NCBI GenBank assembly: GCA_013239625.1
Contig: MU054049.1
Coordinates: forward strand, 693,015 to 757,014
Direction: 5' to 3'
Length of the DNA stretch: 64,000 bases
Source: Lama guanicoe
Taxonomy: Eukaryota
Shown: positions 1 through 12,899 of the stretch, piece after piece
Layout: every line of letters starts with the position of its first letter
How positions within the stretch are numbered: position 1 is the first letter of the stretch
Notes under the pieces: model-generated
Databases searched by the model: none
Seen by the model: the letters and a program-made list of their open reading frames with translations, nothing else
Told to the model about the DNA's origin: nothing
Translations under genes and position numbers: made by a program

Positions 1-2539
1 CTGAAGGCCACAGTCAGGGAAGCGGGACACTGAGGAGAGGAATCCTAAAATCCTCTCTCGAGATCCACAAAGTCTGGGTAACTCCATCCAGCCTCCTCTT
101 GGCTCCAGCCTTTTCTGCTCTCCCATCTGCTGTCCCTAGGACTCTGCCATCTGCCTGTCCATCCATCCGTCCATCCATCCCTCCATGTCCGTGCCCCACC
201 CTGAGTTCTAAAGTTTAGTGGGTTTCAGAGCTGCCCAGAGAGCTAGAAACATGTAAGTCTTACCACGAGTTCCTCTGCTGAAAACCCTTTGCTGCCTCCC
301 TCCTCTCCACCCAGGATAAAACCCAAACTTGGCAGGCAGGCCGGTCCTGTCCCCGCCTCCCTCCACCAGCTTCTGGGGCGCAGAGCCCGGGCCAGGCAGA
401 GGGCAGCTGCTGCAAGGTCAGCCCGGCTCTCCATGCGGCGCCTGCAGCCAGGCAGCTCCCACATGTCTGAAGCCCTCTCCCAAGCTCCGCTCAGCCACTG
501 CCTTCCCCCTGTGCAGCCTTCCAGACCATTCTCCCAGCCCTTGAACAGGAAACACAAGTCCACAGGGCCTTGGGCGCTTCTGAGCAGAGGCGATTTTGAG
601 GAGGAGGTGACATGGGAACTGGGGTCTAAGAATGAGAAGGAGATGGGCAGGCGGGCAGGCCGGGGCTGTAAGGGGCACATGAGCAGAGACCACAAGGCAG
701 ACGTGGGTTGGGAGGGTCTGAAGGGACCCCATGGGTTGGAGAGTGGGTGTGACAGAGCATGGCTGAAGAGGCTGAGAACACAGCAGCCCCCTACCCTGGC
801 AACGATCATGGGTCCTGGTGGGCACCGACCCCATTCATGGCTCAGGGGCTCTGGGAAATGACAACTCCCCCAGAGGCCCTCCCAGCACTCAGACTGGTGA
901 GAACGCTGGGCTAAGATGGAGGTGGGGACACAGGGGGCGGGCGATGGTCAAGGACGAAGGCCGAGTCTGCACCTGCACTGGTCCGGGTGTACATCCTGGC
1001 TAAGCCATCCAGGAGTGGAGTGATCGCTCTCCTGGGCCTCAGTCTCTCCATCTACACCAGGGAAGTGATCACACCTGTCTTTAGCGGCTGCCTGGGGCCC
1101 TGCCCCCAGGCACCACCAGGCCCAGGACTGACTCCACATTCCCTACACGGCTTTGTGGAGCCTTCTTCAGACCTTCTTCCACTCCAGGCGCAAGCTGCGC
1201 CCTCAGCACCCTTGGAGCGGAGACGCTCCGGGAGCCCCGTGGGAAAGTCTCGTCCCAGCTCAGCCTCCCGGGGCCTCCCTCCCAGTTTCCTCCCGCTGCA
1301 GGCCCCCTGCGCTCAGGCTACAGGCCTGGCCCACCACTCCCCTTGCCAGGGTCTCTCGGGCAGAGCCTGGCAGGGCCTGGAATGGCTGCACTGAACTTCC
1401 TCAGGGCCCCTGGCACGTCTCAGAGGGGAAGCCTTGCCAAGAACCAGTTCCAGTAGGTTTGTCAGATCCCTGGAAACCCAGCCAGCGTGTGGGTTCCTCG
1501 AGGTCCCAGCCCATGCTCTCCACAGAGCACCGGCTCTGCCACCAGAGAGGAAACTGGCAGAGGCTGCCTTTCCTCTGGGTAGACCTGCTGGCAGGCTCAG
1601 AGCCCGGGCCTCCTCCCCTGCCAGCTACTCCCTGGCAAAGCCCGGCCCTTACTCCCCTCTCTCCAGAATCCCAGGCAGGGACAGGAAGGCTCAGGCCCTG
1701 CACTCAGCTGACTCAGATCCCTGTCCTGGGTGACCTTGGACACAGTCCTCAACCTCTCTGAGCCTCAGTGTCTGCCACTTCACAGGGCTGTGTGCAGCTG
1801 CAGGAGAGCCTACAGCACCAGGCACGAAGAAGCTGGTACCAGGAGAGCCGGGTCAGGGCTCTACCTGCCCCCAGACCCCAGCAGAAAAGGGAGGCAGCTG
1901 GGATTCCCTCTTGGAGCTGAACCCCGAGAGGAGACCTCAGGCCTTCTCTGGCCATACTAGGGCCCTCTCCGGTTGGGGGAAGGGGCACATAGTCAGAAAA
2001 GAGATACATGAGGAAAATAATTCCTAAATTCTCTCCAGAGAGTCACACTTTGGGTAAGCCCCGCCTGTGCTCTACTCCTCTCCCCAGGGCACTTGCCATC
2101 CTCCCTGCATCCACCCCGCGGTTTGTGAATCCGCGGTCCATCACCCCCGAGCTTGTGCCGACATGCACCGGCCTCCTCTCGGTACCGCAGAGCTCTCCTC
2201 CACAGCTGTAACCAATTGGCTGGGCTGTGCCCAAGCCTCACCAACCAACAGGCTGAAATCGGCCCAGGAGAGAAATACAGAGAGAGGCAAACATCGTGGG
2301 GTGGGAGGTGGGGGTCCTGCTCAGAGAAGAAGGAATCCCTACCCTTCCGGTGTTAGCCAGCCCCAACCCAGGCACGGGGCCCTCCTGAGGCCCAAAGAGT
2401 CAAACGTGGGCTGAGCACTGGGCTTGGAGTCCTTAACCCAGAGCTGGCATCCTGCCTGGTCCCCTCAGCAGTGGCGGAGGAGGCGGGGTGTGTGTGTGGG
2501 GGTGATCCTCTGCAAGTTCCGGCGCCCCTAAAGCCTGGG

Positions 2540-3140
2540 TTCTTCATCCTTGCACGTGGGATGCCCACCCACCCCGCGGGAGTCAGGAGGAGGCGTCCCA
2601 GCTCTGCCCCTTCCCCTCAATACGCGCACCCGCTCCGCGAGTCCGGCGACCGGTCTGGAGGCCGATCGCCCGGCAACCCCCGGGCGCCCCGCGATTGGCC
2701 GGCGCAGCGCGGTCCTCGCCCCGCGTGCGCGGGCCCCGGGCTCGAGCGCGCTCTCGGGCCCGGGACACCGCTCCGGCGCGGCTTCTCGGGGCGCCAGCCC
2801 CCCCTCCCGCGCTTCCTGGCGCGGCGGGCACGCAGCAGGCGGGCAGGCGGCAGGGCGGCCGCGGGCAGGCGCGGCACCCGGAGGAGGCCCGCGCGGCCGG
2901 CATCAGGCCCATGGCGCGCCCGGGCGCGGCGGCGCGGCGGCGGCAGGAATGCCCGGCACGCGCGCAGGTAGCGTCTTGCCCGCCGCCGGCCCGCCCGCCC
3001 GCCCCGGGCCCGGACCCGGACCCCGGAGCGAGCGCGGGAGGGAGGGCCCGGGACCGGCGAGTTCCTGGAATGCGGGTCTGGAGGTGGCCCCCGTGGTTCT
3101 CCCGTTTCAGACCTCCGACCCCCTTGTTCCTAACGCGCGA
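2540..3140. promoter_or_regulatory. Intragenic CpG island (intron downstream of the PH-remnant exon)
   Basis: Dense CpG/GC; reverse CCAAT (ATTGG ~2694-2698); GC boxes (CCCGCCC ~2990-3000). Confidence 0.85.
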
Positions 3141-3439
3141 TGTTACAGGCACCCTAAGAAAACCATCAACTCCCAATGACCCGCCCCTTCTTGCTGGTCA
3201 AGGACTCGCTTTAGGAGCTTCCGCTCCCCGCAGAATGGGAAGCAGGTGTTCCAGGTGGAGGCAGTGGAGGCTCAGGGAGGTCAGGTGACTCGTCTGGGTT
3301 TTCCTACAGCTGGGCCGCGGGCCGCGGAGCTGGCGTTCAGGGCTCCAGCTCTCTGCCCGGCTGGGGGCCAGCGCACTCTCGGTGCCAGGGAGGGTGCTTA
3401 GGACTGAACATTCCTGTCTTCTGCAGCCCTGAGCAGTGC

Positions 3440-3560
3440 GAGCATTAATGTCCCCATTTTACAGATGAGACAGCTGAAGCTCAGAGAGGTTACGTAATTT
3501 TCCTAAGGCCACGAAACTAGTAAGTGACAGCTTCAATTCAAACCTACTTTAGCTTTTCTG
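3440..3560 (-). mobile_element. MIR SINE (representative; others at ~1715, 8300, 16800, 21800, 29880, 34470, 47030, 48820, 49980, 50400, 52900, 59620, 62420)
   Basis: MIR core CCCCATTTTACAGATGAGACAGCTGAAGCTCAGAGAGGTT. Confidence 0.75.
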
Positions 3561-3873
3561 CAAAGCCTATGTTCTTCCCAGAGTAAGATTCTGTCCCAGT
3601 GAAAAAAGCCCACAGTCCCACACTTCCAGAGCGTGCAAAGTGTGAGGACCCAGATGGGTGCATCGCCTCAGGCATTCACTAGGAGGGCGGGTGAAGAGAG
3701 AAGCAGAGCTGGAGCCATGCATCACCAGAAGGAAGCATGGCGGTCCCCAAGGGGTCTGTAGGCAGAACTCTGTAAGGGAGGGGCTTTAGGGAGCCCTTGG
3801 TCTGGATGGGGTGGTGGGACTCATCTGAAAGCCGAGTGTGCAGGGCAGGGTCACTATATTTGCTCTTACTAAT

Positions 3874-4733
3874 CAGGGCCTGGACTCAAGTGAGGCAAGT
3901 GAATTTTGCACTACAGTTGCAAAATTAAAGGAGGGGGATGCCAAAATTTTCAGCAATCAAGATAAATATTTTTGGAATATTAAAAAAATACAAATTAATG
4001 CAAAAAGATCCATAATGAACAAAACATCAACATTTCAAATCAAGACAGGATCCAGCCCTGTACTTGCACAGACTTTGGGAGTGAGTGCCTCATTTGCCTT
4101 GCCCTAATCCCACCCACAGGTCCTGTCTTGATTTAAAAGTTTGATATTTTGTTTATCATGGATGTGGCAGGCTAGATAAGGCCCCCCTCCAAAGACATCC
4201 ATGTCCTAATCCCCTAAAACCTGTGACTCTGTTACCTCACCTAGCAAAAAGGACTTTGTGGATGTGATTAAATTGAAGGCAGATTATCCTAGATTATCCC
4301 AGTGGGTCTTAAAAGATGGAGGCAAGGGGAAATTTGACCACAGAAGAGGAGGCGATGTCAGGAGGGAAGCAGACACTGGAGTGATGAGGCCACGACCAAA
4401 GAACGTGGGCAGCTTCTAGAAGGAGGAAGAGGCAAAGAATGCGTTCTCCCCTGGAGCCCGCAGAAGGAACCAGCCCTTCCGATACCACGATTTTAGAATC
4501 ATAAAATCTCAGTTCTGACTTCTAGAACGGTGAGCGAATAAACTCGTGCTGTTTTAAGCTGCTAAATTTGTGAGTCTGTTAGAGCAGCAACAGGAACTAA
4601 CACGATAGGTGTTTCTGTATTCACCTTCATTTAAAAAAAATTCCAATAAAATATTTATCTTGCTTACTGAGTTTTTTGGTGACCCCTTAAACTGTATGCC
4701 CCAGGCCGGTGAGGCTCCCTAGTCTGGGTCCTG
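3874..4733. mobile_element. MER96B-like hAT MITE (palindromic), interrupted by an MLT1 LTR
   Basis: Ends CAGGGCCTGGACT.../...AGTCTGGGTCCTG; inverted arms e.g. AAATCAAGACAGGA vs TCCTGTCTTGATTT and CAAGATAAATATTTT vs AAAATATTTATCTTG. Confidence 0.7.
4163..4604 (+). mobile_element. MLT1 (ERVL-MaLR) solo LTR, MLT1C/D-like
   Basis: TGTGGCAGG...CCATGTCCTAATCCCC...AATAAA...TTTTAAGC...AGCAGCAACAGGAACTAACA hallmarks. Confidence 0.8.
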
Positions 4734-7299
4734 GAGCTGCTGTGGGGGTGGGGGCAGAAGCCCTCCCAAGTGCTGGGAATGTGGGGAGGGGCTCAGGGTT
4801 CTCGCCTCCCAGAGTTCAGGTAAACATGAAGGTGGGAAGGGCCGGTCATGGTGCCAGGGGAACCATAAGTCAAGGAATGCCCTGCCCTAAACCGGCTCGA
4901 AAAGCCTGAGGCTCCCACGGCCCACAGCCCCAGGGCTCTGATCGGCTCCTCATGTTAAAGAGAAGGTTTCAGGGGCTCAGAGGAGGCATCTGCTCCAGGG
5001 GAGGTGGAGCCCTCCCAGGAAGGCAGACAGGCTCTGGTGCTGACTTGCCTTCTCCTGCTGAGCCTCGGTTCCCCCACCTGTATGGTCATAGAATTAGACT
5101 GGCCAATAGGCTCTCAGGAATCCCCTCACTCCCTGCCCCCACCCCAGATTCCCCAGATGGACGGAGGTCTGCAGCTGCCCACATTTAGAAGGTTCTGGAC
5201 TCTGACAGCCACTGCCATAATGAGCTCTAGGTTAAACCCCAGCCAGGTCAACACCAAAGCCACCTTGTGGGGGTCTTTTTAGCCATGGAGCCTGAGGTGG
5301 GGAGGCCTCAGATGGGTGGGCAAAGATAGTCATGAAACTGTCCTCTTGGGGCAGGGCCAGGGAGCTGAGAGGCTAAGGATCTGTCCTCCCACATGAGCAC
5401 CTGGGGACAGGTGACCTTTTGAGCTTATGGGGCTCTCATTTCTGGGCTGGGTCCAGGACCTTGGGAACTACCTCCAGCCTCAGTCTTCCCTCCTTCCCCC
5501 CTCCCCCCAACTATTAAGGCATCACAGATCCAGAGGTTATGGTGCCTGACATCCTTGGATGGGCTCACCCTAGAGGCAACGCTGTCCCTGCTCCCAATCC
5601 TGCTGTGTACTGTTGGCAACTTGCTGAACTTCTCTGGGCCTCTCTGTCCCTCTACAATATAATTTTGATACAACAAACCTTTGTCAAGAGTAGCACACAG
5701 CAAACCCGAGAGCCCTTCCTCTTTCTTCAGATTGATGTGGAGGACCAAGGGAAGAAGCTGAGAGTCAGAGGACCTGACCATGGGGCAGCCGGAGGGCTCC
5801 TGGCATCCTGTTCTCCAGAACCGGCATCCAGCACCAGGGCTCTGAGCTCTAGCAGCCCTGGGTTAGAACACTGGCTTCCTTTGGAACCTGGACAGATGAC
5901 TTGAGCCCCCTTGCTGCCCAGTCTCCTCCCCTGTAAAAGGGGCTATAGCGAGACTGATTTCACAGGGCTACTGTGAGGGTCGGCCGGCCTGCAGAGCCGG
6001 GCACTGGGACACGCTGAATAAACATCAGCTGTCCTAGATAGAGTGGCTCCCTCGGCCCAACTTCTCCCCTTGTGCCTGGGGGTCACCGAGACTTCACGCA
6101 GGTGTCCCTGGCCCATGCCCGCCCCTGGCCTCATCCTAGCAATGGCCACGACAAGCTCTTTTCTAGCCCTGAGATCTGAGCACACACAAAGCCAGGCAGC
6201 CCAACCCGCCAGGGCCTTCCCACCACAGCTGCTGGGAGGGAGGCGGACTGAGTGACCCAGCAAGGTGGGTAAAAGGCAGTTGGTCGAGTGGTGAGCACCC
6301 TGAGTTTCACAGGAAGCAGTGGCGGGCAGCCCCCTGTCAGCCACCCTGGCTGGCTTGCCAGGCTCTCCCAAGATAAGGCAACTGCTCCTCCACCTCCCTT
6401 CTCTCGGTAAACAGCCCCGGGCTCCCTGGCCACCTGTCAGTGGGGCCTGTGGCTGGGGGCTGTTTCCCCTGCCCTGGGATCCAAGCTCACAGGCTCCTGG
6501 GGCACTCACTGCAGGGGAGGAGCCTTGAGGGCTGAAGAGAAAGAGGTCCAAGGGTGCGCTGAGCTGATCCCTGTACCCAGAAGGGGACAGATCTGGACGC
6601 TGTTGAGCGTGGAGCTGGATGGGGTCCAAGGTCTGTCGTGGTAATTCCTCCTCTGCCTGGTATGCAGACCATCAGAGCCCACTAGAACAGGCCAAGGACA
6701 CCAGAACCAGGCTCAAGTGCCCCTTCTGCTGGCTCAGTGAACCCCAGCCCAGATCAGCAACAGTCCTGTCTCTCCTCTTTTGAAAAGGCCACCAGGAAAG
6801 GCCCAGGCCCCCTGGCCTGGTGGGTTCACATTCAGGGGAAATGAAAATAAAACTCTCTTTTTGATTCTCCCAGAAGGGCTGGGATATAGAGTAAGCAGTT
6901 CGGGCGCTAAGTGGTCCACTAGGATCTCAGGCTCCACCACTGCCAGCCTGGGCTGGGGCCAGTGACCTTTCATCCTGAATCTGATTGTGCCTTGAGGGCT
7001 TCCGTTTGGAGATGTCATTCCAGCCGGTAATGACCACGACCATCTGGATTAACAGGGTTGCTTTGTGTCCCTCCAAGTTGTCCCGAGGCTGGATTTTCTC
7101 CATGTCAAGTGTCCTGCCCTGTGGCCTCTGGGAGCTGCATTCATCCCCATGATTTCTGAGCAACTTAGGGCAGGACTGTTGCTCGGTGCTGCTGCCTGTA
7201 AGGCTGGGACAAACAGCTTCTGGGCTTTGCTCGGCAGAGCCCGCTGGGTGGGTGGGAGAGTTACCATGCTCTGAGTTACTGAGGGCTAACCCCGACCCC

Positions 7300-8300
7300 C
7301 AGACTCCTGCATCCAGCTGCCCCCTCCGTGTGCCCACGGGTTCAATGGCTAACAGGCATCTCAAACTCACATGTGCCCAAACGGAGCTGTAATTTTGCTG
7401 CGTCCTCCCAAACTGCTCTACGCTGTCTTCCCCTCTAGGTTAATGACGACTGTCTTTCTGGCCACTTAAACCCCTGGAAGTCCACCTTCACCACCCTCTT
7501 ACTCTCACACCCACATCCAGGAGATCTGGTGGGTTCTACTTTCAAAATAGATTTGAAATCTGCTCACATTCACCACCACCCACCATAGGGTAAGCACCCT
7601 TGTCTCTTCGCCTGAATTACGGCAATAGGTCCCCTGCTTCCTGGCTTCCCTCTCCGGTCAGCGGTCAGAGAGGTCCTTTTGACTCAGTGTCAGATTATGT
7701 CCTTCCTCTGTGATCAGGCTCCATCAGCATCCTTCACCCCCTCCCCACTCCCCCGGCTCACCAGCCTCTGCACTGGTTCAAGACCCCATCAGAGGCTCTC
7801 TGCTTCTGCCGGAACTGCTGCCTGGGTCTGGCACACTTTCATCAAACATCTTCCTGGCCCAGTTTCTCCCCTTCTTCAAATCTTGGTTTGAGTGTCACTC
7901 TCTCATGAGACCCACCCTCACCACTGTCTTTTAAACGGCTCGATTTTTTCTTTTTCTTTCAGTAGCACTCGCCGCCTTCTAACACAGCAGTGCTCAAAAT
8001 GTGGGCCCCAGACCAGTAGCATCAGCATCAGCATCACCTGGGAACTTGTTAGAAAGGCAGATTCTAGTGTACTGGAAACTCTGCTAGGGGCATCCAGTGG
8101 TCTCTCTTTATAAGCCTTCCTCTAGGTGGTTCCAATGAGAACGACTCTCTGCCACGAGATGTACTTTCCCTGTTACTGTCTGTCTCTCCCCATTACCGTC
8201 TGTCTCGGGAGTAGAACAGAAGCTCTGTCTGATCTCCGTTCCTCCCTGTGTCCTGCCTGCATGTGGAAGATGCTCTGCGTTTGTTGGATGAATGAGAACT
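7300..8300 (+). mobile_element. L2 3' fragments with a MER5A-like insert (~7985-8150)
   Basis: L2 motifs CATCTCAAACTCACATGT...TTCAAAATAGATTTGAAATC and tail TTTGTTGGATGAATG; MER5A-like CAGTGCTCAAAATGTGGGCCCCAGACCAGTAGCATCAGCATC. Confidence 0.6.
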
Positions 8301-8516
8301 ATTTAGTACTAAGGGTGCTGAGCACTTTGCATCTGTTTTCTCTTGTTTCTCACGACAACCCTGCAAAGAAGAGATTCTTATTCCCCTTTGGCAAACAGAG
8401 ACACAGAGAGGGTAAGTGGCATGGCTAGGGTCACACAGCAAGTAAGGGGCAGAGCCAGAGCACACCCAGACCACAGCCTGATGCCGAAAGCTGTGCTCAC
8501 TCTGTCTGTTCTCACA

Positions 8517-8599
8517 CTTCAACACAACTGGCTTTGTTAAGCACTTTCCAAGGTACATAAGACCTACCTTCAAGGGTTTGATGGCTCTCTCCAGATAAC
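8517..8599 (+). repeat. 83-bp dispersed direct repeat, copy 1 (copy 2 at 10481-10563)
   Basis: Ungapped alignment, 72/83 identical by manual count. Confidence 0.9.
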
Positions 8600-8781
8600 C
8601 AGGGACAGCAAGGACTCACTCATGAGCATCCACCAGACGCTGGGCGTCCCTGGTGACTCCTTCTCTCCTCTTTCATAGAGAGCTGGTTAGAGGTGCTACC
8701 CAACAGCACCCCTGGGGGCCACGTTCCAGGAGCTGGGCACTGAAGTCCAGAGAGCCACTGGGGAGTGGGGCCCTTTTCACA

Positions 8782-9617
8782 GTATGAGTCTTCTGATCCA
8801 TGAATGTGGGATGTCTTTCCATTTATTTGGGTGTTTTAGTTTCTTTCAACAATGTTTTGTCATTTCTAGAGCATTACGTTTTCTACTTCTTTTGTTAAAT
8901 TAATTCCCAAGTAGTTTATCCTTTTGGATCCTACTGTAAATGAAGTCTTCTTAATTTCATTTTCAGTTTGCTCAGCGCTACTGTATAGAAATACAGTTGA
9001 TTTGTGTATATTGACCTTGTATCTTGCAATCTTGCTGAGTTTTTTTAAGTTAGATCTAACAGATTTCTAGTGGATTCCTTAAGATTTTCTATAAATGAGA
9101 TCACATCATCCTCAAATAGAGGTATTATTATTTGTTTCTTCCTTTCCAATCTGGATGCATTTTATTTCATTTTCTTGCCTAATTGCTCTGGGCTAGAATG
9201 TCTAGTACAACACTGACTATCAGTGGTGAAAGCGAGAATCCTTATCTTGTTGCTGGAAAGCATCCAGTCTTTCTCTGTTAAGCATGATGCTATTTGCGGG
9301 GGTTTTTGTAGATGTCCTTTAGTGCTTTGAGAAAATTCCTTTCCGTCTCTAGACTGTTGAGTGTTTTTATCATGAGAGGGTGCTGGAGATTATCCAGTGC
9401 CTTTTCTGAGTTGATTGAGATGATCATGTGGTTTTTTTTTTTTTGTCCTTTATTCTATTGATGTATCACATTAATTGCTTCTCTGATGTTAAACCATCCT
9501 TGCATTCCTGGGATAAATCTCATTTGGTCATCGTGTACAATCCTTTTATATATTGCTGGATTCAACTTGTTAGTATTTTGTTGATGAATTTTGCATCTAT
9601 ATCCACAAGAGATACTG
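8782..9617 (-). mobile_element. Old L1 ORF2 fragment
   Basis: Typical antisense L1 ORF2 text (TCCATTTATTTGG...CCTTGCATTCCTGGGATAAATC...TTTGCATCTAT). Confidence 0.85.
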
Positions 9618-9947
9618 GTGCTCCAGCATTTCTTCTCTCCCTCACCTGCACCATCATTGCTGTTTTGTCTCCCAACTTAAAAAAATAAACAAAACTCTCT
9701 TTACCTGACTCTCCCCTCCAGCTACTGTCCCCATTTTTCTTTCCCTTTACAGCAAACTTCTTGAAAGAGTTGGCTAGGCTCAAACTCTAAATCCCATCCT
9801 CTTATCCATTCTGGTACCCACTATTATCAGGCTTTATCCCCAGGACTCAACCAAAACCACCCTTGTCCTAGTCACCAATGAACTGTGTCACCATCCGTTC
9901 TCTCCTGGTTGATCTAACAGCAGTGCATAGATACTTCTTCCTCTGAT

Positions 9948-10029
9948 GCTCTCTTCACTTGGCTCAGGGACCCCACTCGCTCCCAGCTCTCTTCACTTGG
10001 CTCAGGGACCCCACTCGCTCCCAGCTCTC
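9948..10029. repeat. Perfect 38-bp tandem duplication (2 copies + 6 bp)
   Basis: GCTCTCTTCACTTGGCTCAGGGACCCCACTCGCTCCCA at 9948 and 9986, followed by GCTCTC. Confidence 0.95.
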
Positions 10030-10480
10030 CTCAAGCCCCTCTGCTAGCTCCTCCTTTGCTCCCTGACTTCTTACCTGGGAGCAGCTCCGGGCTCAGCTTG
10101 GGTCCTCTGCTGCCCCTCCTCGTGCCCACCCAGCTGCATGGCTTCAAACCCCATCTATGTAGCCCCCAAATTCTCTCTCAAACCCAGTCCTCTCTCCTGA
10201 TCTCTAGGCTTAAATGTCAAACTGCCTACTTGATATCTACACTTGAGCCTCTTAACACGTACCCAGACTAAGTCCCAAAGTGAACTCTCTCTCTGTCTTC
10301 CTCTGCACATCCCCTGTTCTTTGACATAGCTAATGGCTAATCCATCCTTCCAGTTGGCTTAGATCAAAACGTCTTGAAATTACCTTGACTTCTCTCATTC
10401 TCTCACCTTTCACCCATTCCAGTAGGGAAATACTATTGATTACACCTTCAAAATACATCAAAATACAAAATACATTAATT

Positions 10481-10563
10481 CTTCAACACAACTGGGATTG
10501 TTAAGCACCTTTCTATATACATAAGACCCACCTTCAAGGACTTGCTGGCTCTCTCCAGATAAC
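10481..10563 (+). repeat. 83-bp dispersed direct repeat, copy 2, inserted in L2
   Basis: Matches 8517-8599; preceded by CAAAATAC(AT) stutter. Confidence 0.9.
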
Positions 10564-12899
10564 TCAGTTCAATCACCAGTGCCATCCTGAGCCAAGCCAC
10601 CATGACCTCTCACCTGAACGATTGTGTCATGAGCTCCTAACTGGTCTCCCTGTTTCTGTCCTTCCTTCTGTCATCCATTCTCAACATGGAAGCCAGAGGG
10701 ATCCCGTTGGAACCTGCATCAGGCTCTGCCACTGCTCTATTCAACATCCACCAATGGCACACCTTGCTCGGAGGGAAAGCCAGAGTCATCACTGTAACCA
10801 GGCCCTCCTGACTGATCACCCCATCACGTCTTCTCTCCCCTGTCACAGACTCTGCTCCAGCCACACTGGCCTCCTTGCTGCTCTTCCAGCATGGACACCC
10901 AGGCCTCTGCCTCTGAAACACTCTGCCCAGATATATGTGTAATTCGCCTTTTCATCTCCTTTACTCAAAGGTCACTGAACGACCCCCCCATCACTTCTGC
11001 TTGCCTTCCCCACCTCATCGGTCTCCACTGTGCCCTCCACCATCCAACCTACGAGGGGCTTCCTTGCTTTGTTTGTTGTCTGTCTCCTTTACTAGAATGC
11101 ACATTCCAAGAGAGCAGGGACCTTGTCCGTCCTACTCACTGCTGTGTCTCCAGCCCCTAGAACACATCCTTGAGTGACTGACTGGCTGCTTGAATAAATG
11201 AATGAATGCCCAGACAAGAGGCACTCCATCCAGGCCCCCCTCAGGCAGGCCATCAGCAGTAACCAGCTCTCCTGACCCACAGGCCGGGCTGTCTGCTGAC
11301 TGCAGCAGGCACGCTGCCCACGTGTGCCTGTCAGAGGTGGCCGCTCTCTGCCAGAACGAACATGCCTGAAAGGGCTCACAGGCTCCGTTATTAAACAGCA
11401 AAAGAAGGGCTGATCCTCTAAGCCTCCTTTCCAGGGGAACCCAGGCTAATAAGAGCTTTGCCAGGAAACCTCAGAGGCTGACAGAGCCCCCCTGCCAGTG
11501 CCCACACTTGTCCAGACATGTCTGCCACCGCTAACCCCTGGGATCTCTGTGTTTCCTCTGTGCTTCTGGTGGAAGGGAGATAAGCGCCTTTGATGGCGGT
11601 TCCTGATGCAATTCTTGTGAATTCTTGGGTGCACAGGCTGAGAAGTCTGATAAGTGCTGGGCCAGGGAGGATGGGGGGTACTGGGGGAGGGGCAGATCTG
11701 GGTTCCAGGTGGGATTCTGCAAACGGTCCCCCTTCTGAGCAAGCACAGGGAGAGACAGAGAGACAGAGACAGACAGACAGGCAGGCACTTGTGCAGGTCA
11801 GGGATCAGAGCAGGGAGACCACGTGCCATACGGCAGCACCCTACACGGGCTGCGGCAAAGCACAGCCTCGGGTCAGAACAGCTGCCTCCACTTCTCAGCT
11901 CTGCTCCTGACTTACAGGCAAACTCCTTAGCCTCTTTGACCTTTAGTTTCCCTTCTTTCCTTGTTTCATTCAGTTTTTGATTTTTTTGTATAGTGAAACA
12001 TGCAGACGTTCAGAAAGTATTAAAACACCTCCATACAGACACGCGCAGTACAGCAAAGGCACACCTGTGTCACGACGGCTGCCATCCTGGCTCGTATGCA
12101 TGTCTCTGCTTCTCTGCTGCCTGATTATCTATCCATAAATAATACCGTTTCCTTCTGCCCTATTTTTTAATTTACATAAATGGAATCACAGCACGTTCTC
12201 GGGCTCCCCTAGTCTCCCAGCATGTTTTTCGGATTCACGTGTGCTGTTGGGTGGAGCTGTAGTTCATTCGTTCTCATTGCCGTTTTCTGTTCTAAGACCG
12301 AATCATCCTTATTTCTCCATATCGTTGCTCAACCCTTAGTACTTTCTGTAACTCATTTAAAAAGTCTCTCCCTACCCAAGATCATAATAGTGTTCTCCTT
12401 TCCCCAGCGCTCAAAGGTGCCACCAGTCATAAATCCAAGTCCACCTGCATTGGCATTGCCTCTGGACCCTATCCTGTTCCACCACCAGCTCACTTTCAAC
12501 CATCTTGCACCAAAGGAAGCCCACGGAGGCTGCAGAAGTTCCCAGGTGGGCTTGGGCTTTCCCAGGCCATTAAACTGGGGCTGTGGGTCAAAGGTGCTGC
12601 AATCACCAGGAGGCAGGGAGGCCCTGGCTAACAGCCTGGCACCATTTATGAAGCCCCCAAAGGTGAGCTTCTGTTCCTGTGATACACGGAGAGAGAGGAC
12701 GTCTGGCTCGTGTGGTCTGAAGATGGCCAGCCCGAAGGCCCCTGTCTCCACACTTGGCAGGGAGTTGGTGGCCCCAGCCCAGCCGGCATGGTGATCCCTT
12801 CTAAAAGCTCTTTTTGTGAAGAATTCCCAGGGACAGGGACCTCCAGAGACAGCTACTGCACAGCTGGGTGGCATCTGTCTTTTTCTTGTGCCCTGTGGC

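Larger units (their letters stand above)
9620..11210 (+). mobile_element. L2 element fragments
   Basis: CCCTTTACAGCAAACTTCTTGAAAGAGTT...; ends with L2 tail TGAATAAATGAATGAATG (~11191-11208). Confidence 0.7.

Noticed and set aside
2583-2912. Minus-strand MGLMPAA... as another acylated first exon
   Set aside because: No clear phase-1 donor downstream and no nearby cysteine cluster; kept only as part of the CpG-island finding.
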